From: Geopsychrobacteraceae bacterium
GTDB lineage: Bacteria; Desulfobacterota; Desulfuromonadia; Desulfuromonadales; Geopsychrobacteraceae
Direction of reading: 5' to 3'
NCBI GenBank assembly: GCA_963676795.2
Contig: CAXXTB010000002.1
Span: 1,344,001-1,408,000 of the forward strand
Length of the DNA stretch: 64,000 nucleotides
The notes under the pieces were generated by a model that made no database searches, was not told where the DNA came from, and saw only the letters and a list, made by a program, of their open reading frames with translations. The translations under genes were made by a program, and so were the position numbers. Below are positions 55,514 to 64,000 of the stretch, in pieces (position 1 is the stretch's first letter; each line of letters opens with the position of its first letter).

Positions 55514-58500
55514 AACGATTTCTCCTCGGCATAGTCATACTTTGCGCGCTGTTTGTGGCAATGGCAGGCGGATTGTCCTATTTTATCCGGTCCGACTCGG
55601 GTAGCGCCTGGATTCTGGATAATCTTGAAGACTGGACAGGGGGCCGGATCAGTATCGAAAGCTCTGCAGGGTCCCTGTTTGACCATCTGGTCATTGGCGG
55701 TCTGAAAATTGAAACAGCGGACATTGTTATCAGGATTGAAAAGCTCGAAGCGAGCTGTCATGACATCCGCCTGTTCCCGTTGCGCATCCGCTATGACAGC
55801 CTGCAGTTAAAAAACGTTCGAGTCCAAACACTGACTGTTGAAAAAAACGAATCCGAAGGGATCACGCTGATCTGGCCACAGTTGCCGAAACTGCTGTCGT
55901 GGGTCGCGATTGCCGTTGACAACCTCGCTCTTGATTCACTGATAGAGGTTAAGAAAGAAAATAAACAAGAACTGTTTAAGTCACTTGAACTGAAAGCTTA
56001 TTTCAATAATGGTCAGCTTGAGGTTGAGGATTTTCTGCTCGTCACCAGCCAGCTGCAGAGCCATGGTGCGGTCTCCGTCGATTTTACCCGGCCGCATCTT
56101 GTTTTCGCTCTGGATGCGAGCTTTTTTCAGCCGACTGCTCCTGCTGTTCGGTTGGCTCTCAACGCTGATCTGGCCGGTGATTCAGGATTGCCGCTGTCCG
56201 GAGCTGTTTCTGTCGTTTTTGATCAGCAACAGGTAGGACAGGTTGATCTCAGTGGCAAACTCAGTGTTGCCGCCTCGGCGCTTTCAGTCGAAGCGCTTCG
56301 CGTTAAACAGCGCAGCAGAGGCGGAGCCTTGATGCTGGATGCTCAGCTTAGCTTAGGCAACAGCGTGACTGTCGCTTCAATGACGGCTCGTCTGGAGCAG
56401 CTCGATCTCAGTTCCGAGACCGGGCAGCCGCTGACCCTTTCCGGACTTATCAGGGCCCAAGGGGACCCCGACGATTATGCCGGATCCTTCAGTCTTTCGA
56501 CAGAGGCGGTACCATTGCTAAGCGCAGATTTGACCGGTTCCTTCCTTGGTGATCAAGGCCGGCTGCAGATCGACGATTTCACAGGAGGCTGGCTTGACGG
56601 AGTGCTGTCAGGGGCGCTCGTCCTGAACTGGCAAAACGGCTTGGATCTGAGTGGATCTATTGCGGGACGCGGAATCGACCCGCAGCTGGTGCATGACGGC
56701 TTGCAGGGGGAGGTGACCTTTGCTCTGGATGGCAAGCTCAGCAAGGTCGCTGCCGATTCCTTGTCAGGCTCAGTCAGCCTGACCCTTCAGGATTCCATCC
56801 TGCAGGAGTTTCCCGTCAAAGGTGCTCTGCAGGCCCACCTGCAGCAGGGGCAACCCGTCATTGATAATCTGGAGTTGAGCGGCAGCGGATTCAACGTTTC
56901 CGCCAGCGGCAACCCTTACGCATCACTTCAGGTGGCTGCGGATATCGGTCACCTCGACAGATTGCTGACAGACGTACGTGGCCGTGTTCAGCTCAACGGC
57001 GAGGTCGCGTTGTTCAGTGGCCCGCTGCGGGGACGTGTTCAGGCTTCTGGACGTGATCTCCGCTATCAGGACTGGAGTCTGGATAACTTCAGCCTGCAGG
57101 GGCAGAGCAGAGACCTGCATGACCGCCTGCAGCTGACCCTTGATGCTGCCGGCCTCTCGAATAAGAACAATAAGCTGGTTGAGTTGGAACGTGTGACGGC
57201 AAATCTGCAAGGCCATCTGACTGATCATCGCCTGCAGTTGACTGCTAAGCGTCAGGCCGATCAGCTGCGCCTGGATCTGGCAGGACAGCTGCATGAGGAT
57301 CGTTCCTGGTCCGGAGAGGTTAACGGACTGCGACTGGTTAGCAGTGAGTTCGGCGACTGGTATCAAAGCGGATCAACCCGGATCAGGGCTTCAGCTGCAG
57401 AGCTGATGCTGGACCGCTTCGCCTTGACTGACAAGCGTGGCTCACAACTCTCTCTTCAGGACGCCTTCTACCAGCCCTCGACAGGTGAGTTCTCCCTGGC
57501 CGGCAACTGGCGTCAATTTAACCTTGCCTATCTGAATAGGCTGCTTCCAGAGCTGACGATCGACGGAAGGTCGGAGGGAGCTTTCAGCGTGGTGAACCGA
57601 GCCGAGAAACATGCCCGACTGACAGCACGGCTGAACGGACAGCTTGGTCCGGATGGCGGGCAGCTCATAAACCTGAGCAAAGCTGATATCGACCTGAACT
57701 GGGACGGGCAGGGGCTGGCTGGTTCCGTCGCTGTTGAAACGGCGGAGCAGGGCTATTTCAATCTGCAGCTCAGTTCTTCGCAGGCGGCGGACTTCTCGGT
57801 ATTGCCCCATGGTACATTGCATCTGAGTTGCCAGGAGGTTCCTGCGAGTGCTGTCCAACCCTGGCTACCAGGACAGATAACCCTTGAAGGTCTCTTCTCC
57901 TGTTCGGGGGATGGCAGCTGGGATGAAGGCGGGCTGAACAGGCTGGCCGGGCGACTGGTGCTCGAACAGGGGTTCCTTGGCTGGAACAGTGCCGAAGGAC
58001 TGCTGAAAACAGCTGTCAAGACCGCCGAGCTTGACTGGCAATTGGAAGAGCGTCTGAAGGCCGGGCTTTCACTTGTTCTCGAAAACTATGGTTCGCTTGA
58101 AGGGCAGTTCAGTCTGCCTCTCGAGCTGGCGGGTGTTCCGGTTTTCACCGAGAAAGGTGAGGTTTCTGCCCGTTTTTCTGCAGATCTCAAGGATAACGGT
58201 CTGCTGGCTTCTCTTGCGCCTGAATACCTTGCTTCAAGCAGGGGGCGGCTGGCTCTGCATGTTGGCCTGTCCGGAACCGTTGACCGGCCACTCTTCACAG
58301 GTGATTATCAGCTCGCCGATGGTCGACTGAGTATCCCTCTTGCCGGCATAACTCTCAAAAATGCGACCCTGGTCGGCTCCTTCGACGAGTCGCAGATCAC
58401 ACTCGATTCCTGGCAGATACAATCGGGAACTGGTCAGCTGAAGATTGACGGTCAGGTGCGACTGGACGGTTGGGACGCGCAGGAGTTTGGGCTGAGGATC

Positions 58501-59427
58501 AGCGGGCAGGATGTCGAGCTTGTCGATCTTCCGGATCTTAAGACAACCATCACCCCGGAACTCAAGGTGGCTGGTGATCTGTCCGGGGTTGCGGTGAGCG
58601 GCGTTGTGGTGATTCCGGAACTGCTTTACCGAGGGCAGAGCGCTGTTTCCGCCGTCAGAAACAGCTCAGACCTGGTTATCGTTGATGATGTCCGGCAGAA
58701 AGATCGAAAAAGCTATCCTGTTGCTGTCGATGTGGGGCTGACGCTGGGTGATGCTGTCCTGGTCAAGGCGAACGGCCTGGATGCGAAGCTCAAGGGGGGT
58801 CTTCAGCTGATCGGCACTTCAACCGATTCGATATCCGGGCGTGGTGAAATCAGCGTCGATAAAGGGCGCTATTCCAGTTACGGTGTCAGTCTGGATATCG
58901 AGCGCGGTAACCTGATCTTTACCGGGGAGAAAATCGACAATCCCGGCCTCGACATCCTGGCGCTGAAGACTGTCGATGACGTCAAGGCGGGGGTGCGCAT
59001 TACCGGGCTGGCAAGGCAGCCGGTAGTGACCCTCTATTCCGAGCCGACCATGTCGAGCAGTGACGTGCTTTCCTATATCGTTCTGGGCCGCAGCATGGAT
59101 CAGCAGGGTGGCGACTTTGATATCCTCACGGCCGCTGCGGGAGCCCTGTTATCTCAAGGGGAGTCGGCGACCCTGCAGGAGCAGCTGAAGGGGAAATTGG
59201 GGCTGGATGTCCTCAATTTCAGCGCCGGAAACGGTGACATCGGTGAGGCGGTCATCACCACGGGTAAATATCTGACGCCGAAACTCTATCTGGGCTTTGG
59301 CTATTCGCTGTTCAAAAAGACCAATGAAACGATTTTGCGTTATTCCTGGACTCCCAGGCTGGAACTTCAGTCGAACATCGGCACCGAGAGTGGTGCCGAT
59401 CTGTTTTACCTCTTCGAAATAGAATAA
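55510..59427 (+). CDS. tamB: Translocation and assembly module TamB
   Basis: N-terminal anchor, long beta-rich body, DUF490 C-terminus (NPGLDILA, LYSEPTMS.SDVLSYIVLG, GKYLTPKLY, SGADLFY); overlaps the tamA stop. Confidence 0.9.
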   Translation: MKRFLLGIVILCALFVAMAGGLSYFIRSDSGSAWILDNLEDWTGGRISIESSAGSLFDHLVIGGLKIETADIVIRIEKLEASCHDIRLFPLRIRYDSLQLKNVRVQTLTVEKNESEGITLIWPQLPKLLSWVAIAVDNLALDSLIEVKKENKQELFKSLELKAYFNNGQLEVEDFLLVTSQLQSHGAVSVDFTRPHLVFALDASFFQPTAPAVRLALNADLAGDSGLPLSGAVSVVFDQQQVGQVDLSGKLSVAASALSVEALRVKQRSRGGALMLDAQLSLGNSVTVASMTARLEQLDLSSETGQPLTLSGLIRAQGDPDDYAGSFSLSTEAVPLLSADLTGSFLGDQGRLQIDDFTGGWLDGVLSGALVLNWQNGLDLSGSIAGRGIDPQLVHDGLQGEVTFALDGKLSKVAADSLSGSVSLTLQDSILQEFPVKGALQAHLQQGQPVIDNLELSGSGFNVSASGNPYASLQVAADIGHLDRLLTDVRGRVQLNGEVALFSGPLRGRVQASGRDLRYQDWSLDNFSLQGQSRDLHDRLQLTLDAAGLSNKNNKLVELERVTANLQGHLTDHRLQLTAKRQADQLRLDLAGQLHEDRSWSGEVNGLRLVSSEFGDWYQSGSTRIRASAAELMLDRFALTDKRGSQLSLQDAFYQPSTGEFSLAGNWRQFNLAYLNRLLPELTIDGRSEGAFSVVNRAEKHARLTARLNGQLGPDGGQLINLSKADIDLNWDGQGLAGSVAVETAEQGYFNLQLSSSQAADFSVLPHGTLHLSCQEVPASAVQPWLPGQITLEGLFSCSGDGSWDEGGLNRLAGRLVLEQGFLGWNSAEGLLKTAVKTAELDWQLEERLKAGLSLVLENYGSLEGQFSLPLELAGVPVFTEKGEVSARFSADLKDNGLLASLAPEYLASSRGRLALHVGLSGTVDRPLFTGDYQLADGRLSIPLAGITLKNATLVGSFDESQITLDSWQIQSGTGQLKIDGQVRLDGWDAQEFGLRISGQDVELVDLPDLKTTITPELKVAGDLSGVAVSGVVVIPELLYRGQSAVSAVRNSSDLVIVDDVRQKDRKSYPVAVDVGLTLGDAVLVKANGLDAKLKGGLQLIGTSTDSISGRGEISVDKGRYSSYGVSLDIERGNLIFTGEKIDNPGLDILALKTVDDVKAGVRITGLARQPVVTLYSEPTMSSSDVLSYIVLGRSMDQQGGDFDILTAAAGALLSQGESATLQEQLKGKLGLDVLNFSAGNGDIGEAVITTGKYLTPKLYLGFGYSLFKKTNETILRYSWTPRLELQSNIGTESGADLFYLFEIE

Positions 59428-59576
59428 TCTGATTATTTCAATACTCATTATCTTGTTGGAACCTACCAGATTGCTTATTAATTTAATTTTTAGGATCCTT
59501 GACAATCTTGAGAAGGCTACTATCATTAGTCTTTGTTAAGCTTGCGCTTGCTTTTGAAAGGATCCTTGGTGAAAAC

Positions 59577-61823
59577 ATGCTGATGCGTATGAAAATCAAT
59601 CATAAGTTGCTTGTTCTGGTTGGTTCGGTTCTTGTTCTGCTGATTGTTTGCCTGGTGTTCGGTTATCTTGGCCTGTCTAAAACTGTGCATAACGGTACGG
59701 AACTGGCCGATGGGAATCGTCTGAAGAGCACACTGCTGGCGCGTGAGGTTGATCATCTGATCTGGGTACGCAACGTTGGGGCCTTCCTGACCGACGATAA
59801 GGTCAAGGAGCTGAATGTCCAGTTGGATCCCACCCAATGCGCCCTGGGTAAATGGCTGAACAGCGATGAGCGGAAGCGGGCAGAAGTCATGATTCCAGGG
59901 CTGGCTGCCGATCTGAAAGCAATCGAGGTTCCGCACCGTCACCTGCACGAATCAGCGGGTAAGATCAAGCAGCTGCATTCGTCCCTCGATTCCCATCTGG
60001 CCCAGTTCTTCACCGAAAAGAAACTGGATCATGCGGTCTGGATCAATAAGGTTCAGGGGGCGATCATTGATCATAAGCACTCGGCCGGTGTTCAGCTTGA
60101 TGAGCATAAATGTGGCCTGGGCCTTTTCCTCTATGGCGAAGAGATCAAAGCAGTCAAAGACGCCAGCCCTGAACTGGCCAGGATTCTTGATGCACTGGAA
60201 GAGCCACATCGTCAGCTGCATCAACAGGGGCGTCAGGTCGAGGAATATCTGCAGGAGAACAGGGCGAATAATGCCTCTGAGCTGTTTTCTGAACAGCTGC
60301 AGCCGACTCTGGTTAAAACCATGGGGCTGCTTGACCAGTCTATCGCTGTTTCGATGGCGGCGCTGAAAGGAAACCGGCAGGCCAACGAGGTTTACGCTGG
60401 TGAGGGACAGCAGGCGCTCACCGCTGTGCAGGGGCTGCTGCACAGGATGATCGAAACGGTTTCTGCCAACCTGATTTCGGATGACCAGTTGATTTCTGCA
60501 GCGGTCTCGACGCGCTCAACCATGTCGGGTGTCGGCATCGCCGCTCTGGTTATCGGCCTGATTCTGGCCTATTTCATTGCCCGCAGTATCACCCGGCCAC
60601 TCTCCCGGGCCTTTGCGGTTGTCTCTCAATACGCGCAAGGGGATACCAGGGATCAGAATCTCGATCTGGGCAACAGAGTCAGGTGTTACGACATCAACCA
60701 GTGTAGCAACGGTGACTGTGAATGTTACGGCAATGAATCCCACTGTTGGGTCCAGGCAGGCACTTTTGGTCCGACTCCGACCTGTAAGAAGCTGGTCAGC
60801 GGAACCTACAGCGATTGTCGACAGTGCAAGGCGTTCAAGGCGCGCGACGAAATCACCGAGCTTGGTTCCGTTCTGGTCGGTATGGCCAAAAGCCTGCAAG
60901 GGCGTAGTGAGCTGGCAGAAGCTATCGCCAGCGGAGATCTGACTCAGGATGTCCGTGTCACATCTGAGCACGATCAGCTTGGACTGGCCCTGAAAGAGAT
61001 GCTTGAGGGGCTGCGTGCCATGGTTGGCAATATTCAGACCGCCGGAGAGCAGATCGCGTCCGGTGCCGTGCAGGTCGCCGATACCAGCCAGACCCTCTCG
61101 CAAGGGGCAACCGAGTCGGCCAGTTCCCTCGAAGAGGTGACAGCATCCATGAACCAGATGGCCGGTCAGGTCAGGATCAATGCTGATAATGCGGATACTG
61201 CCAACCGCCTGTCGAATGAATCGAAATCTGCCGCTGAGAAAGGTGACAGGCAGATGAACGATATGGTCACGGCAATGGACGAGATCAATCAGGCCGGTCA
61301 GAATATTTCCAAGATCATCAAGGTGATTGACGAGATCGCTTTTCAGACCAATCTTCTTGCACTCAACGCCGCTGTTGAAGCAGCCCGTGCCGGACAGCAT
61401 GGCAAGGGGTTTGCGGTTGTCGCCGAGGAGGTGCGTAACCTTGCCGCACGCAGTGCCAAAGCCGCAGAAGAGACCGCAGATCTGATTGAAGGATCAGTGG
61501 CTCTGACGGCCCGCGGAGCGCAGATGGCTGAGCAAACGGCAACAGCACTCAAAGAGATTATGGACGGTACTAACAAGGTTTCCGATTTGCTAGAAGAAAT
61601 TGCTGCGGCGTCCAAAGAGCAGTCCGAGGGGATAAATCAGGTAACCAGTGGCTTAAGCCAGATCGATCAGGTGACCCAGCAGAACACGGCCAGCGCCGAA
61701 GAGAGTGCTTCCGCTTCTGAGGAGCTTTCCGGTCAGGCCAATCAACTGCTTGAAATGCTCAAAAGATTCAGGGTTTCACAGGCTGGAGGGCGGACGGAGT
61801 CTCAGCTCAAAATCGGCTATTGA
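59577..61823 (+). CDS. Methyl-accepting chemotaxis protein with two CZB-like domains and a Cys-rich HAMP insert
   Basis: Two TM helices; MCP tip [53 protein letters not shown] and DHAVW..CGLGLF..HRQLH. Confidence 0.92.
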   Translation: MLMRMKINHKLLVLVGSVLVLLIVCLVFGYLGLSKTVHNGTELADGNRLKSTLLAREVDHLIWVRNVGAFLTDDKVKELNVQLDPTQCALGKWLNSDERKRAEVMIPGLAADLKAIEVPHRHLHESAGKIKQLHSSLDSHLAQFFTEKKLDHAVWINKVQGAIIDHKHSAGVQLDEHKCGLGLFLYGEEIKAVKDASPELARILDALEEPHRQLHQQGRQVEEYLQENRANNASELFSEQLQPTLVKTMGLLDQSIAVSMAALKGNRQANEVYAGEGQQALTAVQGLLHRMIETVSANLISDDQLISAAVSTRSTMSGVGIAALVIGLILAYFIARSITRPLSRAFAVVSQYAQGDTRDQNLDLGNRVRCYDINQCSNGDCECYGNESHCWVQAGTFGPTPTCKKLVSGTYSDCRQCKAFKARDEITELGSVLVGMAKSLQGRSELAEAIASGDLTQDVRVTSEHDQLGLALKEMLEGLRAMVGNIQTAGEQIASGAVQVADTSQTLSQGATESASSLEEVTASMNQMAGQVRINADNADTANRLSNESKSAAEKGDRQMNDMVTAMDEINQAGQNISKIIKVIDEIAFQTNLLALNAAVEAARAGQHGKGFAVVAEEVRNLAARSAKAAEETADLIEGSVALTARGAQMAEQTATALKEIMDGTNKVSDLLEEIAAASKEQSEGINQVTSGLSQIDQVTQQNTASAEESASASEELSGQANQLLEMLKRFRVSQAGGRTESQLKIGY

Positions 61824-61917
61824 TTTTTTTCTGCGGAGTATATTTTACGTGGTCGGGGATTAGTCGTTATCCCAATATAAAATAGCGCTTTATGAAATTT
61901 AGTTTCTTTGAATCAAA

Positions 61918-61949
61918 CAGCCCATGCAGACTACATGCTGCATGGGCTG
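61918..61949. terminator. Hairpin between the MCP gene and modD
   Basis: CAGCCCATGCAG-N8-CTGCATGGGCTG. Confidence 0.5.
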
Positions 61950-62081
61950 AATTTATATTGTGCAAATGCTAGAAACTTCTTTTCTCGTTCTGCTGTCTGT
62001 GGTATCACGTGGAATAACGTAATTTGCGGCTTCTGGCCGTGTTTTATTTAATCAGTATACTTCGAAAGTCTGTGAGTCTTT

Positions 62082-62915
62082 ATGTTTATTTCTGATTCAA
62101 CCCTCGATCGCTGGATCGAAGAAGATTTACCCGGAATCGATCTCACTTCCCATCTGCTGGGAATGAAAACTCTGGACGGACATATCTCTTACAAAGCCCG
62201 TGCAGAGACAACTATCAGCGGCATAGAAGAAGCCTCGGCAATGCTCACCAAACTTGGGTTGGTCGTTGAATTTGCCCAGTCCGAGGGCGCTGTTCTGCAG
62301 CAGGGGGATGAGATTCTCTCTGCGCGTGGTGACGGCGCGAGGATTCATGCTGGCTGGCGTGTCGCCTTGAATGTTCTGGAGTACGCATCGGGGATTGCAA
62401 CGCGGACAGCCAAGCTCGTCAAGCTGGCCAACAGCAACGGTGACGCCATCGTCTGCGGGACGCGCAAGGCATTTCCGGGGGGGCGTAAACTCTCGCAGAA
62501 GGCCTTGGTTGCCGGTGGCGGGGTCCCGCACCGTCTCGGGCTGGGCGAGACGATCCTCATCTTCCCGAATCACTATAATTTACTCGGTCTCGACAACTTT
62601 CTGGCGAAGCTGCCGGAAATCAAGAAGCACGCCCGTGAACGCAAGGTCGGTGTTGAGGTTGAAACCCTCGACGAAGCCCTGCTGATGGCCAGGCACGGAG
62701 CAGATATTCTGCAGCTGGATAAGTGCCCCGTTGAGCTGACCGCCCGGATTGTCGAACAGGTTAAGTCTGATTTTCCACAGATCGTTGTTGGGGCCGCTGG
62801 TGGCGTCAACGCCGATAATGCTGCGCAGTATGCCGCCACGGGTGTCGACTTTCTGGCGACTTCGTGGATGTATTTCGGCAAACCAGCCGATATCTCTGCA
62901 GCCATTTCACGCTAA
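62082..62915 (+). CDS. modD: ModD (NadC/quinolinate phosphoribosyltransferase-like) protein
   Basis: EEDLPGIDLTS, LEYASGIAT, GTRKAFPG, HRLGLGETILIF.NH, LQLDK, AAGGVN; adjacent to modAB. Confidence 0.88.
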   Translation: MFISDSTLDRWIEEDLPGIDLTSHLLGMKTLDGHISYKARAETTISGIEEASAMLTKLGLVVEFAQSEGAVLQQGDEILSARGDGARIHAGWRVALNVLEYASGIATRTAKLVKLANSNGDAIVCGTRKAFPGGRKLSQKALVAGGGVPHRLGLGETILIFPNHYNLLGLDNFLAKLPEIKKHARERKVGVEVETLDEALLMARHGADILQLDKCPVELTARIVEQVKSDFPQIVVGAAGGVNADNAAQYAATGVDFLATSWMYFGKPADISAAISR

Positions 62916-62938
62916 TCTTCATTTGCCATGTGTCGTTT

Positions 62939-62969
62939 TGCCAGGGAGAAATCCCTGGCATTTTTTTTT
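62939..62969 (+). terminator. Intrinsic terminator after modD
   Basis: TGCCAGGGA-GAAA-TCCCTGGCA-T9. Confidence 0.85.
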
Positions 62970-62974
62970 GTTCC

Positions 62975-63027
62975 TTGACATTTTTATGTCTATCGCTATA
63001 CAAAACGTTATTCGCCAACAAATAACG
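62975..63027 (+). promoter_or_regulatory. modA promoter with downstream ModE-like palindrome
   Basis: TTGACA (62975) with TATACA 16 nt later, followed by CGTTAT-N10-ATAACG (63006-63027). Confidence 0.5.
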
Positions 63028-63037
63028 AGAGGTAAAG

Positions 63038-63754
63038 ATGAAGAAGCTAACTTTAATTCTGCTGGTTCCGTTGTTATTCATCTCGACTGCTGCCGTTGCT
63101 GCAGATCTGCGTACCGCGTCCGGTGCCGGTTACAAAACCATTGTTGAGCAATGGGCGCAGCAGTATGAACAGAGCAGTCAACAGAAGGTTGAACGCATCT
63201 ATGGCAATATGGGGCAGATTCTGGCCCAGGCTGAACATGGCGGCGGGGTCTGCCTGGTGATAGGCGACAAGAGTTATCTGACGACACACAAGTTTGATGC
63301 GGCGCGCTATGTCACAATCGGGACCGGCCGTCCTGTCCTGGTGACCCGCAAAGGGCTTGAGCTGGTCCGGCTCTCTGATCTGAAGGATGCAAGGTTTGCC
63401 AAGATTGCCGCTCCTGATTTCAGCAAGGCGATTTACGGTCGGGCCGCGAAACAGATTCTGGGCAGCACTGGCTATGCCGCTGTGCTGGAAAAAACCATGG
63501 AAGCGGGCACCGTACCGCGCAGTGGTGGTTATGCAGTCAGCGGTCAGGTTGATGCAGCATTCGTCAACATGAGCTACGCTCTGGCTAACCGGGAAAAATT
63601 CGGCAGTATGCTCGAATTGACCGAAGGTTTTGAGCCGATCGAGATTGTCGCAGGGGTTGTCGCAGGCTGTGAGAATGATGTCAACGTCACGGCGTTTCTG
63701 GGGCAGCTGAATACGGACAGTATGGCTCAAAAGGTCGCTGCGGCAGGGCTGTAA
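63038..63754 (+). CDS. modA: Molybdate ABC transporter periplasmic binding protein
   Basis: Signal peptide, ASGAGY, YGNMGQILAQ, AIYGRAA, VDAAFVN; lies between modD and modB. Confidence 0.82.
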   Translation: MKKLTLILLVPLLFISTAAVAADLRTASGAGYKTIVEQWAQQYEQSSQQKVERIYGNMGQILAQAEHGGGVCLVIGDKSYLTTHKFDAARYVTIGTGRPVLVTRKGLELVRLSDLKDARFAKIAAPDFSKAIYGRAAKQILGSTGYAAVLEKTMEAGTVPRSGGYAVSGQVDAAFVNMSYALANREKFGSMLELTEGFEPIEIVAGVVAGCENDVNVTAFLGQLNTDSMAQKVAAAGL

Positions 63755-64000
63755 TGGATTTTTTCGGGGCATATTGGCAGATCTATCGTTCTGCGCCGAT
63801 TGTCTTTTCATTGGGGCTGACCGGCAAGGTCTGCTTCTATGCCCTGGTCCTGCATATCCTCATCGGGATTCCGCTGGCCTGGTATCTTTCCGGTCGTCCA
63901 TCCCCCTGGCGCAGTGCACTTGAAAGCCTGATCACCTTCCCGTTGATCTTTCCCCCAATTGCTATCGGTTACCTGCTGCTGGTGGTCCTTGGTCGTTTCA
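63754..64000 (+). CDS. modB: Molybdate ABC permease (5' part, runs off the window)
   Basis: Hand translation MDFFGAYWQ...GIPLAWYL...LITFPLIFPPIAIGYLLLVVLGR; TAATG overlap with the modA stop. Confidence 0.82.
   Translation, partial: MDFFGAYWQIYRSAPIVFSLGLTGKVCFYALVLHILIGIPLAWYLSGRPSPWRSALESLITFPLIFPPIAIGYLLLVVLGRF

Noticed and set aside
53753..59427. tamAB as a dedicated assembly factor for the giant adhesin or barrel
   Set aside because: Separated by 7.5 kb of unrelated metabolic genes; TamAB is widespread and proximity alone is not evidence
1..64000. CRISPR array, tRNA/rRNA genes, transposase, integrase or prophage genes
   Set aside because: No regularly spaced direct repeats, no recognisable structural RNA other than the riboswitch, and no such protein motifs in the ORF track

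Overview
A 64-kb bacterial chromosome segment. Gene content (NikR/nikKMLQO, glcD-glcF-lctP-GntR, a GEMM riboswitch, a CZB chemoreceptor) suggests a Desulfuromonadales/Geobacter-like deltaproteobacterium; this is an inference, not a database result. Left part: PAS/GAF hybrid kinase, orphan MhpA-like flavin monooxygenase, PEP-synthase/PPDK regulatory kinase, NikR-controlled ECF nickel importer, lactate/glycolate oxidation cluster and a LIV-type ABC importer. Centre (20.7-46.3 kb), the main item: an 11-gene co-directional cluster behind a c-di-GMP-I riboswitch whose expression platform reads as a ligand-OFF terminator switch. It encodes a 3380-aa DUF11/isopeptide-type repeat surface protein, a 1693-aa triple-OmpA plus beta-barrel protein, three TPR proteins (two are lipoproteins), two small exported proteins, an ExbB/ExbD/ExbD motor (one ExbD has Asn in place of the catalytic Asp) and a GltG/AgmX-like TonB analogue. 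This looks like an Agl-Glt-like proton-driven envelope machine coupled to a non-myxobacterial adhesin and outer-membrane module. Right part: LysR-SSS-two micro-ORFs-SDR-ALDH cluster (probably aromatic alcohol use), a second SSS transporter, tamAB, a chemoreceptor with two extracytoplasmic CZB-like domains and a Cys-rich HAMP insert, and modD-modA-modB (partial). Two ~170-180 bp MITE-like elements are present. No CRISPR array, tRNA, rRNA or transposase was seen. All product calls come from motif recognition by eye.
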